DNA of 38,857 bases from Caldithrix sp. (GTDB lineage Bacteria; Zhuqueibacterota; Zhuqueibacteria; Thermofontimicrobiales; Sulfurfontimicrobiaceae), in contig DYKB01000065.1 in NCBI GenBank assembly GCA_020722815.1, positions 1 through 38,857 of the forward strand. Reading direction: 5' to 3'. Below the pieces are notes generated by a model, which was not told where the DNA came from, did no database searches, and worked only from the letters and a program-made list of their open reading frames with translations. Position numbers and translations under genes: made by a program. Below are positions 1 to 9,023 of this stretch, piece after piece (the stretch's first letter is position 1; each line of letters starts with the position of its first letter).

Positions 1-120
1 GGTCAATAAGGTCGATTGGGTTTGATCGCGCGGCCTGGTTGATTAAAAACCTTATGAACCTGAGGAATTAGTAAAACCGGCGACACAACAAATTTGATAC
101 TATTCCCTGTGATCGGTTAC
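1..120 (+). mobile_element. Partial copy (right end) of a MITE-like repeat family. The window starts inside the element. Terminal inverted repeat CCCTGTGATCGGTTAC at 105..120.
   Basis: About 90% identical over ~120 bp to 29448..29569. Reverse-complement match to 38804..38857. Confidence 0.6.
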
Positions 121-172
121 GAATTAGTATAAATAACTTATTAATTTTGCTATATTTATCACGTTTTACGCA

Positions 173-724
173 TCACGCATTCAACCTTATCAGCAAATCA
201 CTATACGAATCCGGAATCAAATTTTGCGCTGGAATTTTTAATAATTTCAGGTAATTTTCACATTGGGCAGAGAGTTTTTCTTTTCCAATGGTTCCCTCAT
301 AATCAATCGCCTCAATTTCCACAAACTTTCCAAGTTTTTCAACTTCGTCCAAGTGAAATTTGACATTTTCAATCCAATAAATTTCACGTTTTTTGGAAAC
401 GATTATTTTAATTCCAAGTGCCTTTTCTAAAACATCTTTCATCCGGGCAGGATTTGCAATCGGCACCATTGATACCAATGATTGCTGAATTCCAGTTTGT
501 GATTCGCGGTTATAATGAATCAAAACCGCTTCATCCGAACTTTCCCGAAGTTTTAATCGACCATTTGCACAGTTAAAATAAGTATCAACCTGGTGAATTT
601 GTCCTTTTGCAACCGCGTTTTGGCTGAGAAGTATCGCTCGTAAAAAAGCCAAATCATCTGTATCTGCCTTAATTTCCATATTTAAATGACTCAAAAAACA
701 GGTCTCCTTTTCTGCCAGCATCAA
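173..724 (-). CDS. CYTH-domain protein (class IV adenylate cyclase / inorganic triphosphatase family). Family-typical start is probably the internal MEIKAD at ~679.
   Basis: ~180 aa. N-terminal MEIKxD, central basic LKLRE, and C-terminal HLDEVEKLGKFVEIEA segment typical of CyaB/CYTH. Only 3 nt downstream of the flotillin gene. Confidence 0.6.
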   Translation of the reverse strand: MMLAEKETCFLSHLNMEIKADTDDLAFLRAILLSQNAVAKGQIHQVDTYFNCANGRLKLRESSDEAVLIHYNRESQTGIQQSLVSMVPIANPARMKDVLEKALGIKIIVSKKREIYWIENVKFHLDEVEKLGKFVEIEAIDYEGTIGKEKLSAQCENYLKLLKIPAQNLIPDSYSDLLIRLNA

Positions 725-727
725 AAT

Positions 728-2089
728 TTATTTTTGATTCACCTTTTCAGTGGCTGCTGTTTTATTCTGTTTTTGTAGATGACTGAGAATATTGACACCT
801 GTCGCATTCTCAATCTGTTCAACTAACGAAAGAACCGCTGCTGGCATCTGATTCACCAGGCGCGCAACGCCTGTTTGCCCATTCGAACCACCCGTATCGA
901 TGACACTGATCTTATCGATGATGATTTCGCCAATCGTATCAGTAATCTGTTTTATAATTTCCGGCAGCATATTCAGCATGAAAATTTTCTCACCCTCACC
1001 TTTGGCGGTCTGATAAGTTTTAATAGTTTCCAATAAAATTTGAAGTTTTGCCTGGCCATTTTCAATAATTGGTGCAGCCATTCCCTTTGCCTCCAATTCA
1101 GCCGCTTCCTTTTTGGCACGGGCAGGTTCAATCACATCCGCCATTAATTTTTTCTGCTGTAAAATAATTCGTTCCTGCTCCACTTCCTGTTCAAATTTGG
1201 CGCGCGCCTTGAGCCCGGAAACTTTCGCTTCTTCTTCTTTGATGATGGCAATCTTTTCCAGCTCGGCTATTTTCACGCGCAAGTTGTTTTTTTCTTCTTC
1301 AATTTGTCGCTCGGAAATTGCATGTTTGACCTTTACCTCACGGTCCGTATCAATCTGGGCCGCCTGAATTTCGAGCTGTGCTTTGGCTTTGGCAATTTCA
1401 GCACGCTGGGCGGCATTCGCTTCAGCTTCTTCGGCTTCTGCCTTTTTTTCAGCTTCTGCTTTTCGGGCGGCGGCTAAAACTTCGGCTGTTTTCCGGCGGC
1501 CAACTGAATTTAAGTAACCCGCCTCATCGGAAATATTTTGTATTTTTAGCGTATCTAGGTGTAATCCTAATTGCTTCAGATCATTATCCGCTTCATCAAT
1601 CAGACTCGCTGCAAATTTAAGTCGATCTTCATTCACCTCTTCAGGTGTTAACAAAGCCAAAACGCCTCGCAAATTACCTTCCAACGTGTCTTTGGCAATT
1701 TTATGGACCTCGGCTTCTGGTTTTGTCAAAAATCGTTCGACAGCATTCCCAAAAGTCGGTTCACTTGAGTCGACTTTAACGTTCGCAACGGCTTCCATAT
1801 TCAGTGGAATACCCCCTTTAGAATAAGCATTTTTAACGGCCAATTCAAGCGGAATCGTCTGCAATGACATGCGCGCGGCCCGTTCAATTATCGGGATTCG
1901 AATTGTTCGACCACCGCGAATGAGTCGATAGCCAACAACGGAGCCATCCGGAAGCCTTCTTTTTCTTCCCGAAAGGATAATAACTTCATTGGGATGGCAA
2001 ATTAATAAAAAACGACTAATAATTGAAGCAATCACAATAATACCGATTGCAGCAACAACGGCAACCGTGATAATTAAACCTCCGTACAT
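728..2089 (-). CDS. Flotillin-like SPFH (band-7) domain membrane protein
   Basis: N-terminal TM helix, SPFH core, then a long Ala/Glu/Lys-rich coiled-coil (EAEKKAEAEEAEANAAQRAEIAKAKAQ), as in FloT/YqiK-type flotillins. Confidence 0.85.
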   Translation of the reverse strand: MYGGLIITVAVVAAIGIIVIASIISRFLLICHPNEVIILSGRKRRLPDGSVVGYRLIRGGRTIRIPIIERAARMSLQTIPLELAVKNAYSKGGIPLNMEAVANVKVDSSEPTFGNAVERFLTKPEAEVHKIAKDTLEGNLRGVLALLTPEEVNEDRLKFAASLIDEADNDLKQLGLHLDTLKIQNISDEAGYLNSVGRRKTAEVLAAARKAEAEKKAEAEEAEANAAQRAEIAKAKAQLEIQAAQIDTDREVKVKHAISERQIEEEKNNLRVKIAELEKIAIIKEEEAKVSGLKARAKFEQEVEQERIILQQKKLMADVIEPARAKKEAAELEAKGMAAPIIENGQAKLQILLETIKTYQTAKGEGEKIFMLNMLPEIIKQITDTIGEIIIDKISVIDTGGSNGQTGVARLVNQMPAAVLSLVEQIENATGVNILSHLQKQNKTAATEKVNQK

Positions 2090-2100
2090 GATTTTCTCCT

Positions 2101-2766
2101 TTAATTTAATTTTAAAAAATCTTTTTCGGCAATATAAGCAATTCCATTTTTCACTTGCGTAATTAAAGCCTCTTCCCCATAATTAAATTCATCTTTCGAA
2201 GCTTCTCGGGCAATTTGTGCTACCAATTGAATGTTTTGACCGGGTGTTGTTATCAAAATCTTGCCAGCATGTGTGCGTGATAAATTTACAATTACTTTTA
2301 CGGACATTCCTTCCAGCTGACGCAAATCCGTTGAGGAGGTGACTTCATTCTGTTTAAAATAGGTCAGGGCTTTGTATCCAACAATAGCCGTGAAAAGCCC
2401 CATCAAAGTTGAGGTGATAAATGTTACCCATCCGGGTATTTTTTGCCAGGATAAAACCACACCAGTCAATCCGAAGAAAGCCATAAAAAGTACAAAATTT
2501 CGAAGACTGAAATATTTTAATGCTGCGGATAATCCCGCGCTATCGTGTGAAATATCAGTCTCGCTGTTAAAATGCACATCGGAATCAATGGAAGTCTCAA
2601 CATCAGTAGCAATATCATGTTCAATTGCAATATCATGATCAACATCAAAATGAACATCTGAACCCACATCTACATCGGTATCAGTATCCGTATGTGAACC
2701 AAAAAATAGTGTGAAAATTAATAAGGCTCCCCCAAAAATCAGGCAGGCCAGATAAAGGGTGAACAT
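2101..2766 (-). CDS. NfeD-like membrane protein (YuaF/YqiJ family, partner of flotillin) carrying an Asp/His-rich insert
   Basis: TM helices plus a C-terminal OB-fold-like soluble domain. Sits directly upstream of the flotillin gene, as in nfeD-floT/yqiJK operons. Confidence 0.65.
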   Translation of the reverse strand: MFTLYLACLIFGGALLIFTLFFGSHTDTDTDVDVGSDVHFDVDHDIAIEHDIATDVETSIDSDVHFNSETDISHDSAGLSAALKYFSLRNFVLFMAFFGLTGVVLSWQKIPGWVTFITSTLMGLFTAIVGYKALTYFKQNEVTSSTDLRQLEGMSVKVIVNLSRTHAGKILITTPGQNIQLVAQIAREASKDEFNYGEEALITQVKNGIAYIAEKDFLKLN

Positions 2767-2767
2767 C

Positions 2768-3481
2768 TCAGGACTCCTTATCTTTAAGTAGCCGTTTTTT
2801 TAATTGCGCTAATTCATCGACGACAGCTTGTTCCGTCAGATAGCGGTCGAATTGCGCAGATGGATTGAGTATCGTTTCGTAAATTTCTCTATTGGCTTCA
2901 ACTTGCGATTCAAGTTTTAGAATTTCTTCCTCCAGATTATTCATCAAGGTATTCAATTTAAGCAGGGTAAAATCACCAGATTGATCAACTGCAAATTTTG
3001 CATCTGAGTCGAATTCCGATTTCCAGTTTCCGATTTGGTTCTCAACGAGAATTTTTCGCCGTTCCAATTCCTGGCTTTTCTGCTGAACTTTTTCAAATTC
3101 TTTTTCCAAAAGTGCCAGTTCTTGTTTGAATTGGGTGGCAATTTGTGTTGCCTGTTTGAATTCACCTTCTAATTGTGTCCGTGAAGTTTGTATTTGTAAT
3201 TTTTTCGTAATGGCATCGCGGGCTTGTAATTCATTCTCTTTTTCAAATGCTTTTTGAGCTTCCTGTTCAAATATTTCTATTTTCGCATCAATTTCATTAA
3301 TTTGTTGTTCATATTGCTTTTGACAGGTCACCGCCCGAACAGTCTCCCGTCGCAAACGCAGGTGAAGTCCTTCAATTTCGGCGATGAGCTTCTTTATTTT
3401 GATTTCGGGATGCTGTTCAGGTTCCAGTGCGGCATTGAGATTGGCGCGAAAAATTTGATAAATTCGATTAAGCAGCCTCAT
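2768..3481 (-). CDS. pspA: PspA/IM30 (phage-shock protein A / Vipp1 / LiaH) family protein. The ORF track starts at 3496 (TTG), but the ATG at 3481 with a GAGGG RBS fits the family N-terminus.
   Basis: N-terminus MRLLNRIYQIFRANLNAALEPEQHPE matches the PspA start (M..F.R....ANINALL.K.EDP). Rest of the protein is coiled-coil. Only 1 nt gap to nfeD. Confidence 0.8.
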   Translation of the reverse strand: MRLLNRIYQIFRANLNAALEPEQHPEIKIKKLIAEIEGLHLRLRRETVRAVTCQKQYEQQINEIDAKIEIFEQEAQKAFEKENELQARDAITKKLQIQTSRTQLEGEFKQATQIATQFKQELALLEKEFEKVQQKSQELERRKILVENQIGNWKSEFDSDAKFAVDQSGDFTLLKLNTLMNNLEEEILKLESQVEANREIYETILNPSAQFDRYLTEQAVVDELAQLKKRLLKDKES

Positions 3482-3793
3482 AAATTGCCCTCGCAATTTG
3501 CATCTTAAATGATAAAAATTTATTAATACACATCATCAAAAATTGATGTTCCATGATTCGTCGCTGCGTGAAATTACTGGCATCCAGATTCTGGCATGAT
3601 TGAAAAATGATTTTAAGCAAGCAAATCATCCAGGTTAACCTTTGTCATCTTCAGACTTATTTTATACCATTTCAATACGTGAATACGAAACTTAAGGTTT
3701 CATATTTGCACTTTTTGATGAATTTTTCAAATATCTCTGTTTATTAAAGATCACATTATCATTTTTAAAAATCAAGAGAAACTTTGGCTTTGG

Positions 3794-3826
3794 TAAAAAA
3801 AAGGAGTGCCATTTTCAGGGCACTCC
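3794..3826 (-). terminator. Rho-independent terminator on the minus strand (GC hairpin GGAGTGCC/GGCACTCC followed by a T-run when read on the minus strand)
   Basis: Plus strand reads AAAAAAAAGGAGTGCCATTTTCAGGGCACTCC. Confidence 0.5.
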
Positions 3827-4087
3827 TTCCTGGGGTTAGAGATAATACTGAGTCATCTGAGGTTTTGTTTGTGTCATTTTTTCGGAATGAATCGAGGTAG
3901 CTTTATGCAACTTATCATCTGTGTTTTTTCTATAAAGGTGCTCCTTATATAGTGAATGGATATTTTAAATTCTGATTATTTCTATTAATTTTTCTTTGCA
4001 ATCTTTGTTTTAATTTAATTCAAATTATATGCCAATTTATCAATCATTATTTTTCAATAAGTTAGCAATCATCGTGAATTTGACACC

Positions 4088-4123
4088 ATGCAAAATTTGC
4101 AGATCATCCTGCAAATTTTGCAT
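4088..4123. promoter_or_regulatory. Perfect 15-bp inverted repeat ATGCAAAATTTGCAG-N6-CTGCAAATTTTGCAT. A third half-site lies near 4246..4262.
   Basis: Read directly from the sequence. Sits in the ~1 kb non-coding gap between the peptidase stop and the pspA start. Confidence 0.45.
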
Positions 4124-4461
4124 TTTTCGAAAATCGGGAAGTTTGTTTGCACAGGCATTAAGACTGATTTAACGGTGGTTCATTAAGAAATTTCAGAATA
4201 AAAAAAAGCTATGCCTGTATTTTTGGCATAAAATAGTAAAAAAGATGCAAATTTTGCAGGTTGGCATAATTTATTAAAAACCGAATAAGCATTTAAAATT
4301 ATTGAACTTACAGAATTTTGGATAAACCAAATTTTCCACTTTCGTTGATGGCCATTTTTTGAGGTTTCCAAAGAAAAAAATCGATGAAAAATGAAGTGAA
4401 ATTATTAAAATTCCCCCAACTCGAATTAATTAAACAAATTTCGGGGTGATAAAAAAGTGAA

Positions 4462-7400
4462 TTAGCGGAGGAGTAGCATTTTATAGACTTTCTTTAGTGC
4501 AGGCGTCGCGATTGAAGCATAATAAACACCGCTGGGAACAATTTTACCAATCGAATCCTTCCCATCCCAGCTAATTTTATACGAACCCGGAGAATTCCAC
4601 TCATCCCGAAGAACACAAAGCTGGTGGCCAAGGCTGTTATAAATAATGATACGGACCAGACCTGAATTTTCCTGAAAATACCTTATTTGGGTTATTGCAT
4701 TGAAGGGATTTGGGAAGGTCCCAACTGCATATTCTTGGATTATAGACTCCCGGGTATTTTTCAGGTCAGGAGGCGCGGGCGGAAGCAGCGTTAGATTATT
4801 AGGACTTGTGCCTGATATCAACTGGTCAGGATTTAGCGATATTTGAGCAGGACCGGATACGATATTTAAAGTACACTGTTGAGTTGCATAAATCCAATAG
4901 CCTTTCATCGGTTCCAAAAGTGCTGTCCCCGCGGGATAAATGGGAATCACCGATTGTGTATTCGTATCCCATCCATGAACGCTGGTGATAGTACCATCGG
5001 GTTCATCGTTGGGATCGTTAAACGTCACCGGCGCAAGAGGTGAACCGATTAAATGCCAGCCTGGGCTCAATGTTGATTGCAGTTCGTACACCGGAATCCC
5101 TGTAATCGTAAGCGTTTGAGGGCTAGCAACGTGAAGCCAATAGCCGCTATTAGGCAGCAAGCTATCGACCTGTTGATAAATCGTTTGACGATTATTGAAT
5201 ATGTACGCCGCCATATCGTGCGATAAAATTGCATTCACGCGCTGGTTTGCCGGATAAACTGGCACTGAAATAAGATACCAACCAGCTATCGGAAATTCAT
5301 AATTGACCTGAACCGGCCGGGGGGTATAGTCAATCTGAATTAATTGCGCGTGACTGATTTGTGCTGAACTTGAAATCGACATGTCGAGATTCAGATTACC
5401 ACCGCTCAACTGAAAGCAATAATTTTCAATCTGGGGAAGATCGGCAGGCTCCCATGATATTGAAACGGGATTTGCCAATGAATCACCCGTAATTATTTTC
5501 CAGCCGATACTATCGGTGTAAGGCAGGCACCAGGGCTGAATATCCCGAGCTAACGTGTCCTGATCATGTAAGAAAAAATTGGAATACGTCATTCTTACTG
5601 AATCCATCGCTTCATCGAGTCCGGCGTCAAAATCTCTGCTCGCACACGAATCTCCGCCAATCGTCAGATAATAAACAGAATCACCCGTTTCAATTCGGAT
5701 CGGTAACTCCCATTGTGCACCAATTCTACCCCAAATTGGCACCTGAAGAAATCGCTCATCTGAATCATTGCAGACAATTTTAATGAGGCTCTGCTCCTGG
5801 TTGCGACTGATGGCCAGAAAATTAACCCGCAGCGAACAACATTGTCCGGACTCCAGTAAAATGGGCAAAGCATCCAGATTCGTCAGGCGATAATTGGAGG
5901 AATCCAGACGGGTTTCCAACTCAATGTTGAGTAATTGAAGCGCCTGGTTCCCCTGATTAACAATTTTGAGGTATTGTTCTGAAAAAGAGCCCAATTTAAC
6001 CACGCCAAAATCCATTTTTTCGGGAAAAGTCTGAATTTCAGGTCCGAAATTACCAATTTGAAAAACAGAATCACTTTCATCTGAAATTATATCGTCCAGG
6101 CTGCTGATTTTGATTTTGCATTGCTTACTTTCTGGTCCGGAAACCAGCCACAATTCATTCTCATCATTGAAAGTCGAATCCAATAAAGTTTCCCAGCTAA
6201 TTCCATTGTCACGGGTCAATTCAATTTTAATCGCACGATCGTAATTTTTTGCAATCCAGGAAATTGTCTGATTTGAGCCAGGCGACCAAAGGTCTCCACT
6301 TCCCGGACACGTCAGGGAAAGTGATGGCGTGGCGTCGGTTATAAATTTTATTGATAAAGAACCGGTGGTGTTGGCTGCTACCAAAAGCGGCGTCTGTTGC
6401 GAGACAAAAACGCTCTCAGGATTTCGATTTTCATAATTCTCAAACTGCTCAATGGCAAAATAACCAATCCGGGCGGTTTCTGTCGTTGCATTATTTTGAA
6501 CTTTTAAACGCCAATAACCCTGATTTGCTTCGATATATTTGGATAATTCAGAAACATCAAGTACCATAAAATTTGCTGGAAACGAGGAATTACCGCCTTT
6601 TAATTGAAAATCATTAAAAGACTTCGTTTTATAGGTAATGCTTTCATCACAAACATCAATGGAAATCGCACATTGCCCCCGTTGGGGGTGTTGAATTTCG
6701 AAAACAGAAAGTAATTGAGGTTGATAATTTTCGTAATTTTGATAAACCATGTAAAATTTAATGCGCTCTTTTAAACACTGGTATGAAATATAATAAAATC
6801 CATCATGAACCTTTTCCCAATTATAAGTGCCAACGCCCCATGAATTTGCAATTTTGAATGCCCCCCGAAGGTCGGTTTTTCCATTTTCAGGGTAGGGACC
6901 AAAATTATCATCATAACCCACGATAACATTGGCATGATTTACCTCGGTTGCTAGGTAATTATCGGTTGTCCACAGGTCATCATTGGATAATTTTGCATAA
7001 TAACGCGCATCGATGGCAATCAGTGCCAGATTCTGATTGGCAAGTAAACTTTTAAGATTTTGCAGGGCATCATCGGAAGTTAAATCGGTGGTCGCAAAGG
7101 CCGTTGCCGAACGATAAAGGGGTGCTTCGCGCCAGGCTGTTTCGGTAGGCCAGGTGGTGGAATTAAATGGATTATAGGGCATATTTTCCCAGGTGGCACA
7201 ACCGATACGTTCCAGCAGATTCATAGCGTCATAAAAAGTGGCACCCTCATCTTTGCCATCGTTAATCTGGTGATAAATAAAATCTGGCGAAAAAATTTTG
7301 GCATGATATGATGGATCGGGCTGGCCATAATCGTTCTGATTCCAGACACATTTCGAAAGGTCCCATTGGTGTTCGCGTGCTTCCTGGAAGGTTTTAACAT

Positions 7401-7773
7401 AGTACCCACAGGCCCAGCCAATGCAGGAACCTTCACTGTATTGATTACCAATTGGCGGAAACCAGTGGGTCAGGGCATTATCCACCTTATTGGGGAGCTC
7501 CAGCGAAACCGATTGGACATATTCCAATCTAACCGGTGCGCTGGAAATTTCAGCCCACTCACTTTCTGTCGGCGGTCTCAAGCCCGTTCCCTGCCCGAGA
7601 ATCCGCTCATTATAATTTTTTCCTTCCTGGAAAGTACCCAAATATGCTCGTAATTCATCCAATTCTTTTACAGTCAGATGTCTTCTGGTTGTCTTTATGT
7701 GACGCGCAGCCGTCGAAGAAAAAAGTACGAGACAGGTAAACAGGAAAATAGTCCAACGTCGTTTCTGTAACAT
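4462..7773 (-). CDS. Secreted papain-family (C1) cysteine peptidase with a long beta-rich extension and a T9SS C-terminal sorting domain
   Basis: Signal peptide. Catalytic motifs QYSEGSCIGWACGYY (Cys), NHANVIVGYDDNF (His) and NSWGVGTYNW...GFYYISY (Asn/Trp). C-terminus ...SGVYYASIATPALKKVYKMLLLR is a typical Por_Secre_tail. Confidence 0.8.
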   Translation of the reverse strand: MLQKRRWTIFLFTCLVLFSSTAARHIKTTRRHLTVKELDELRAYLGTFQEGKNYNERILGQGTGLRPPTESEWAEISSAPVRLEYVQSVSLELPNKVDNALTHWFPPIGNQYSEGSCIGWACGYYVKTFQEAREHQWDLSKCVWNQNDYGQPDPSYHAKIFSPDFIYHQINDGKDEGATFYDAMNLLERIGCATWENMPYNPFNSTTWPTETAWREAPLYRSATAFATTDLTSDDALQNLKSLLANQNLALIAIDARYYAKLSNDDLWTTDNYLATEVNHANVIVGYDDNFGPYPENGKTDLRGAFKIANSWGVGTYNWEKVHDGFYYISYQCLKERIKFYMVYQNYENYQPQLLSVFEIQHPQRGQCAISIDVCDESITYKTKSFNDFQLKGGNSSFPANFMVLDVSELSKYIEANQGYWRLKVQNNATTETARIGYFAIEQFENYENRNPESVFVSQQTPLLVAANTTGSLSIKFITDATPSLSLTCPGSGDLWSPGSNQTISWIAKNYDRAIKIELTRDNGISWETLLDSTFNDENELWLVSGPESKQCKIKISSLDDIISDESDSVFQIGNFGPEIQTFPEKMDFGVVKLGSFSEQYLKIVNQGNQALQLLNIELETRLDSSNYRLTNLDALPILLESGQCCSLRVNFLAISRNQEQSLIKIVCNDSDERFLQVPIWGRIGAQWELPIRIETGDSVYYLTIGGDSCASRDFDAGLDEAMDSVRMTYSNFFLHDQDTLARDIQPWCLPYTDSIGWKIITGDSLANPVSISWEPADLPQIENYCFQLSGGNLNLDMSISSSAQISHAQLIQIDYTPRPVQVNYEFPIAGWYLISVPVYPANQRVNAILSHDMAAYIFNNRQTIYQQVDSLLPNSGYWLHVASPQTLTITGIPVYELQSTLSPGWHLIGSPLAPVTFNDPNDEPDGTITSVHGWDTNTQSVIPIYPAGTALLEPMKGYWIYATQQCTLNIVSGPAQISLNPDQLISGTSPNNLTLLPPAPPDLKNTRESIIQEYAVGTFPNPFNAITQIRYFQENSGLVRIIIYNSLGHQLCVLRDEWNSPGSYKISWDGKDSIGKIVPSGVYYASIATPALKKVYKMLLLR

Positions 7774-7866
7774 TAACAGGCTCCAAAAAAATCCAGCAAA
7801 TCAGCGACTTTCGATGTTTTAAACCGACCAGAGTTGGAGTAAGTCCGCCTTTACTTTAAAATACTA

Positions 7867-8060
7867 CCTGAAATTCTAAAATGAATCGTTTTCTCTGAAG
7901 TCTTGACCCCCTCTGTCTCTCCCCCATTTTCAAAAAGCGAAAATGGGGGAGAGAATCTCGCTTTATCTCCCCCAAAATTCCGCTTTTTAGAATTTGGGGA
8001 GGCAGGAGGGGGTCATACATTGATTCTGAACATCAAAAATTTCCATTTTAGAATTTTAGG
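7867..8060. mobile_element. MITE-like insertion of 194 bp. Imperfect 17-bp TIRs CCTGAAATTCTAAAATG / CATTTTAGAATTTTAGG. 5-bp target-site duplication TACTA on both sides (7862..7866 and 8061..8065).
   Basis: The interior is a nest of GC-rich hairpins (TCTCCCCCATTTTC/GAAAATGGGGGAGA; CTCCCCCAAAATTC/GAATTTGGGGAG; outer GACCCCCTC/GAGGGGGTC). Confidence 0.6.
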
Positions 8061-8496
8061 TACTACATGAAAACTTGCTTCTTTTTAACCGGGAGTTGGA
8101 TTCCATTTGACTATTTGTTCATCCTGATTTTCATTTTACATCACATTTGAATGTTTGTTGCTAATTTTAAATAATTGAAATTTCAATAATTCAATATTAT
8201 AAAATAGCAATTATTTTTTAAAAAGTCAAATATATTTTTTAACACGATTGCAATCAATTCTGCAGTCCTGTCAATTAAAATTTAACCCAATCTCCTTTTC
8301 CACCTGGCACTATTTCAAGTTTTATACCAGATTAGCGTAATCTAACATTATGATAATAAATAAGTTATATTTTTAAAATAATAACAATCTCCCCTAAAAA
8401 GAGACAAGAAATTTCGATTCGAACGATGGACAATAGATATAATTGTTAGAAATTTTGTATTAATTAACCAACTAAAATTATTCAGATACCCATAAA

Positions 8497-8533
8497 TAAA
8501 AAAAGCCCTGAAATCCATCTCAGGGCTTTTTGA
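8497..8533. terminator. Bidirectional intrinsic-terminator-like hairpin (A-run, AGCCCTGA / TCAGGGCT, T-run) in the middle of a 1.2-kb intergenic region
   Basis: AAAAAAAGCCCTGAAATCCATCTCAGGGCTTTTTG. Confidence 0.4.
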
Positions 8534-9023
8534 AAATAACCAGGAAAACGGAGGGAGGAAAAGTACGTTATCCTGCAAAAAATATTAGGGTGTATAAGGA
8601 AACTTGAAGGGACACACTGTCCCAATTTAATACAAAAAATCCAGCAATATATTTTGAAATGTATGCTATTTAATAAAATTATAATATATAGTCTGATTTA
8701 TTCCAATTTTGCTCCTTTAATTAAAATAGTGATATATTTTGTAATTGTCAAGTCTTTTTTCATCTTAATTCATTTTTTTTAATTCGGATTCCTGCTTAAA
8801 TGAACGAAGAGAGATTTAATGTACAGAACGAATACGTATATTACTCAGATTCCATAAAGAAATCGTAAAAAAGACTTGAATCTAATCAAATTGATCATTA
8901 TACTTTTATTGTTTTTCATCGAGATGCGGTTCTAATTTTTATGAAAAACACAGAAATGGCAGGTCTCAATAAAAAACGCGATTTATTTAATAGACCCTTA
9001 CTCATAAAATGGAGGAATTAAAA

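Noticed and set aside
1113-1620. Two plus-strand ORFs (84 and 80 aa) inside the flotillin gene
   Set aside because: They are antisense to the Ala/Glu/Lys-rich coiled-coil region, giving Ser/Leu/Phe-rich low-complexity translations. They are typical mirror-frame artefacts with no RBS.
3497-3700. Sigma-54 (TGGCAC-N5-TTGC) promoter upstream of pspA, as in E. coli
   Set aside because: Both strands were scanned by eye for GG-N10-GC spacing. No match with the conserved -24/-12 dinucleotides at the right distance from the start codon.
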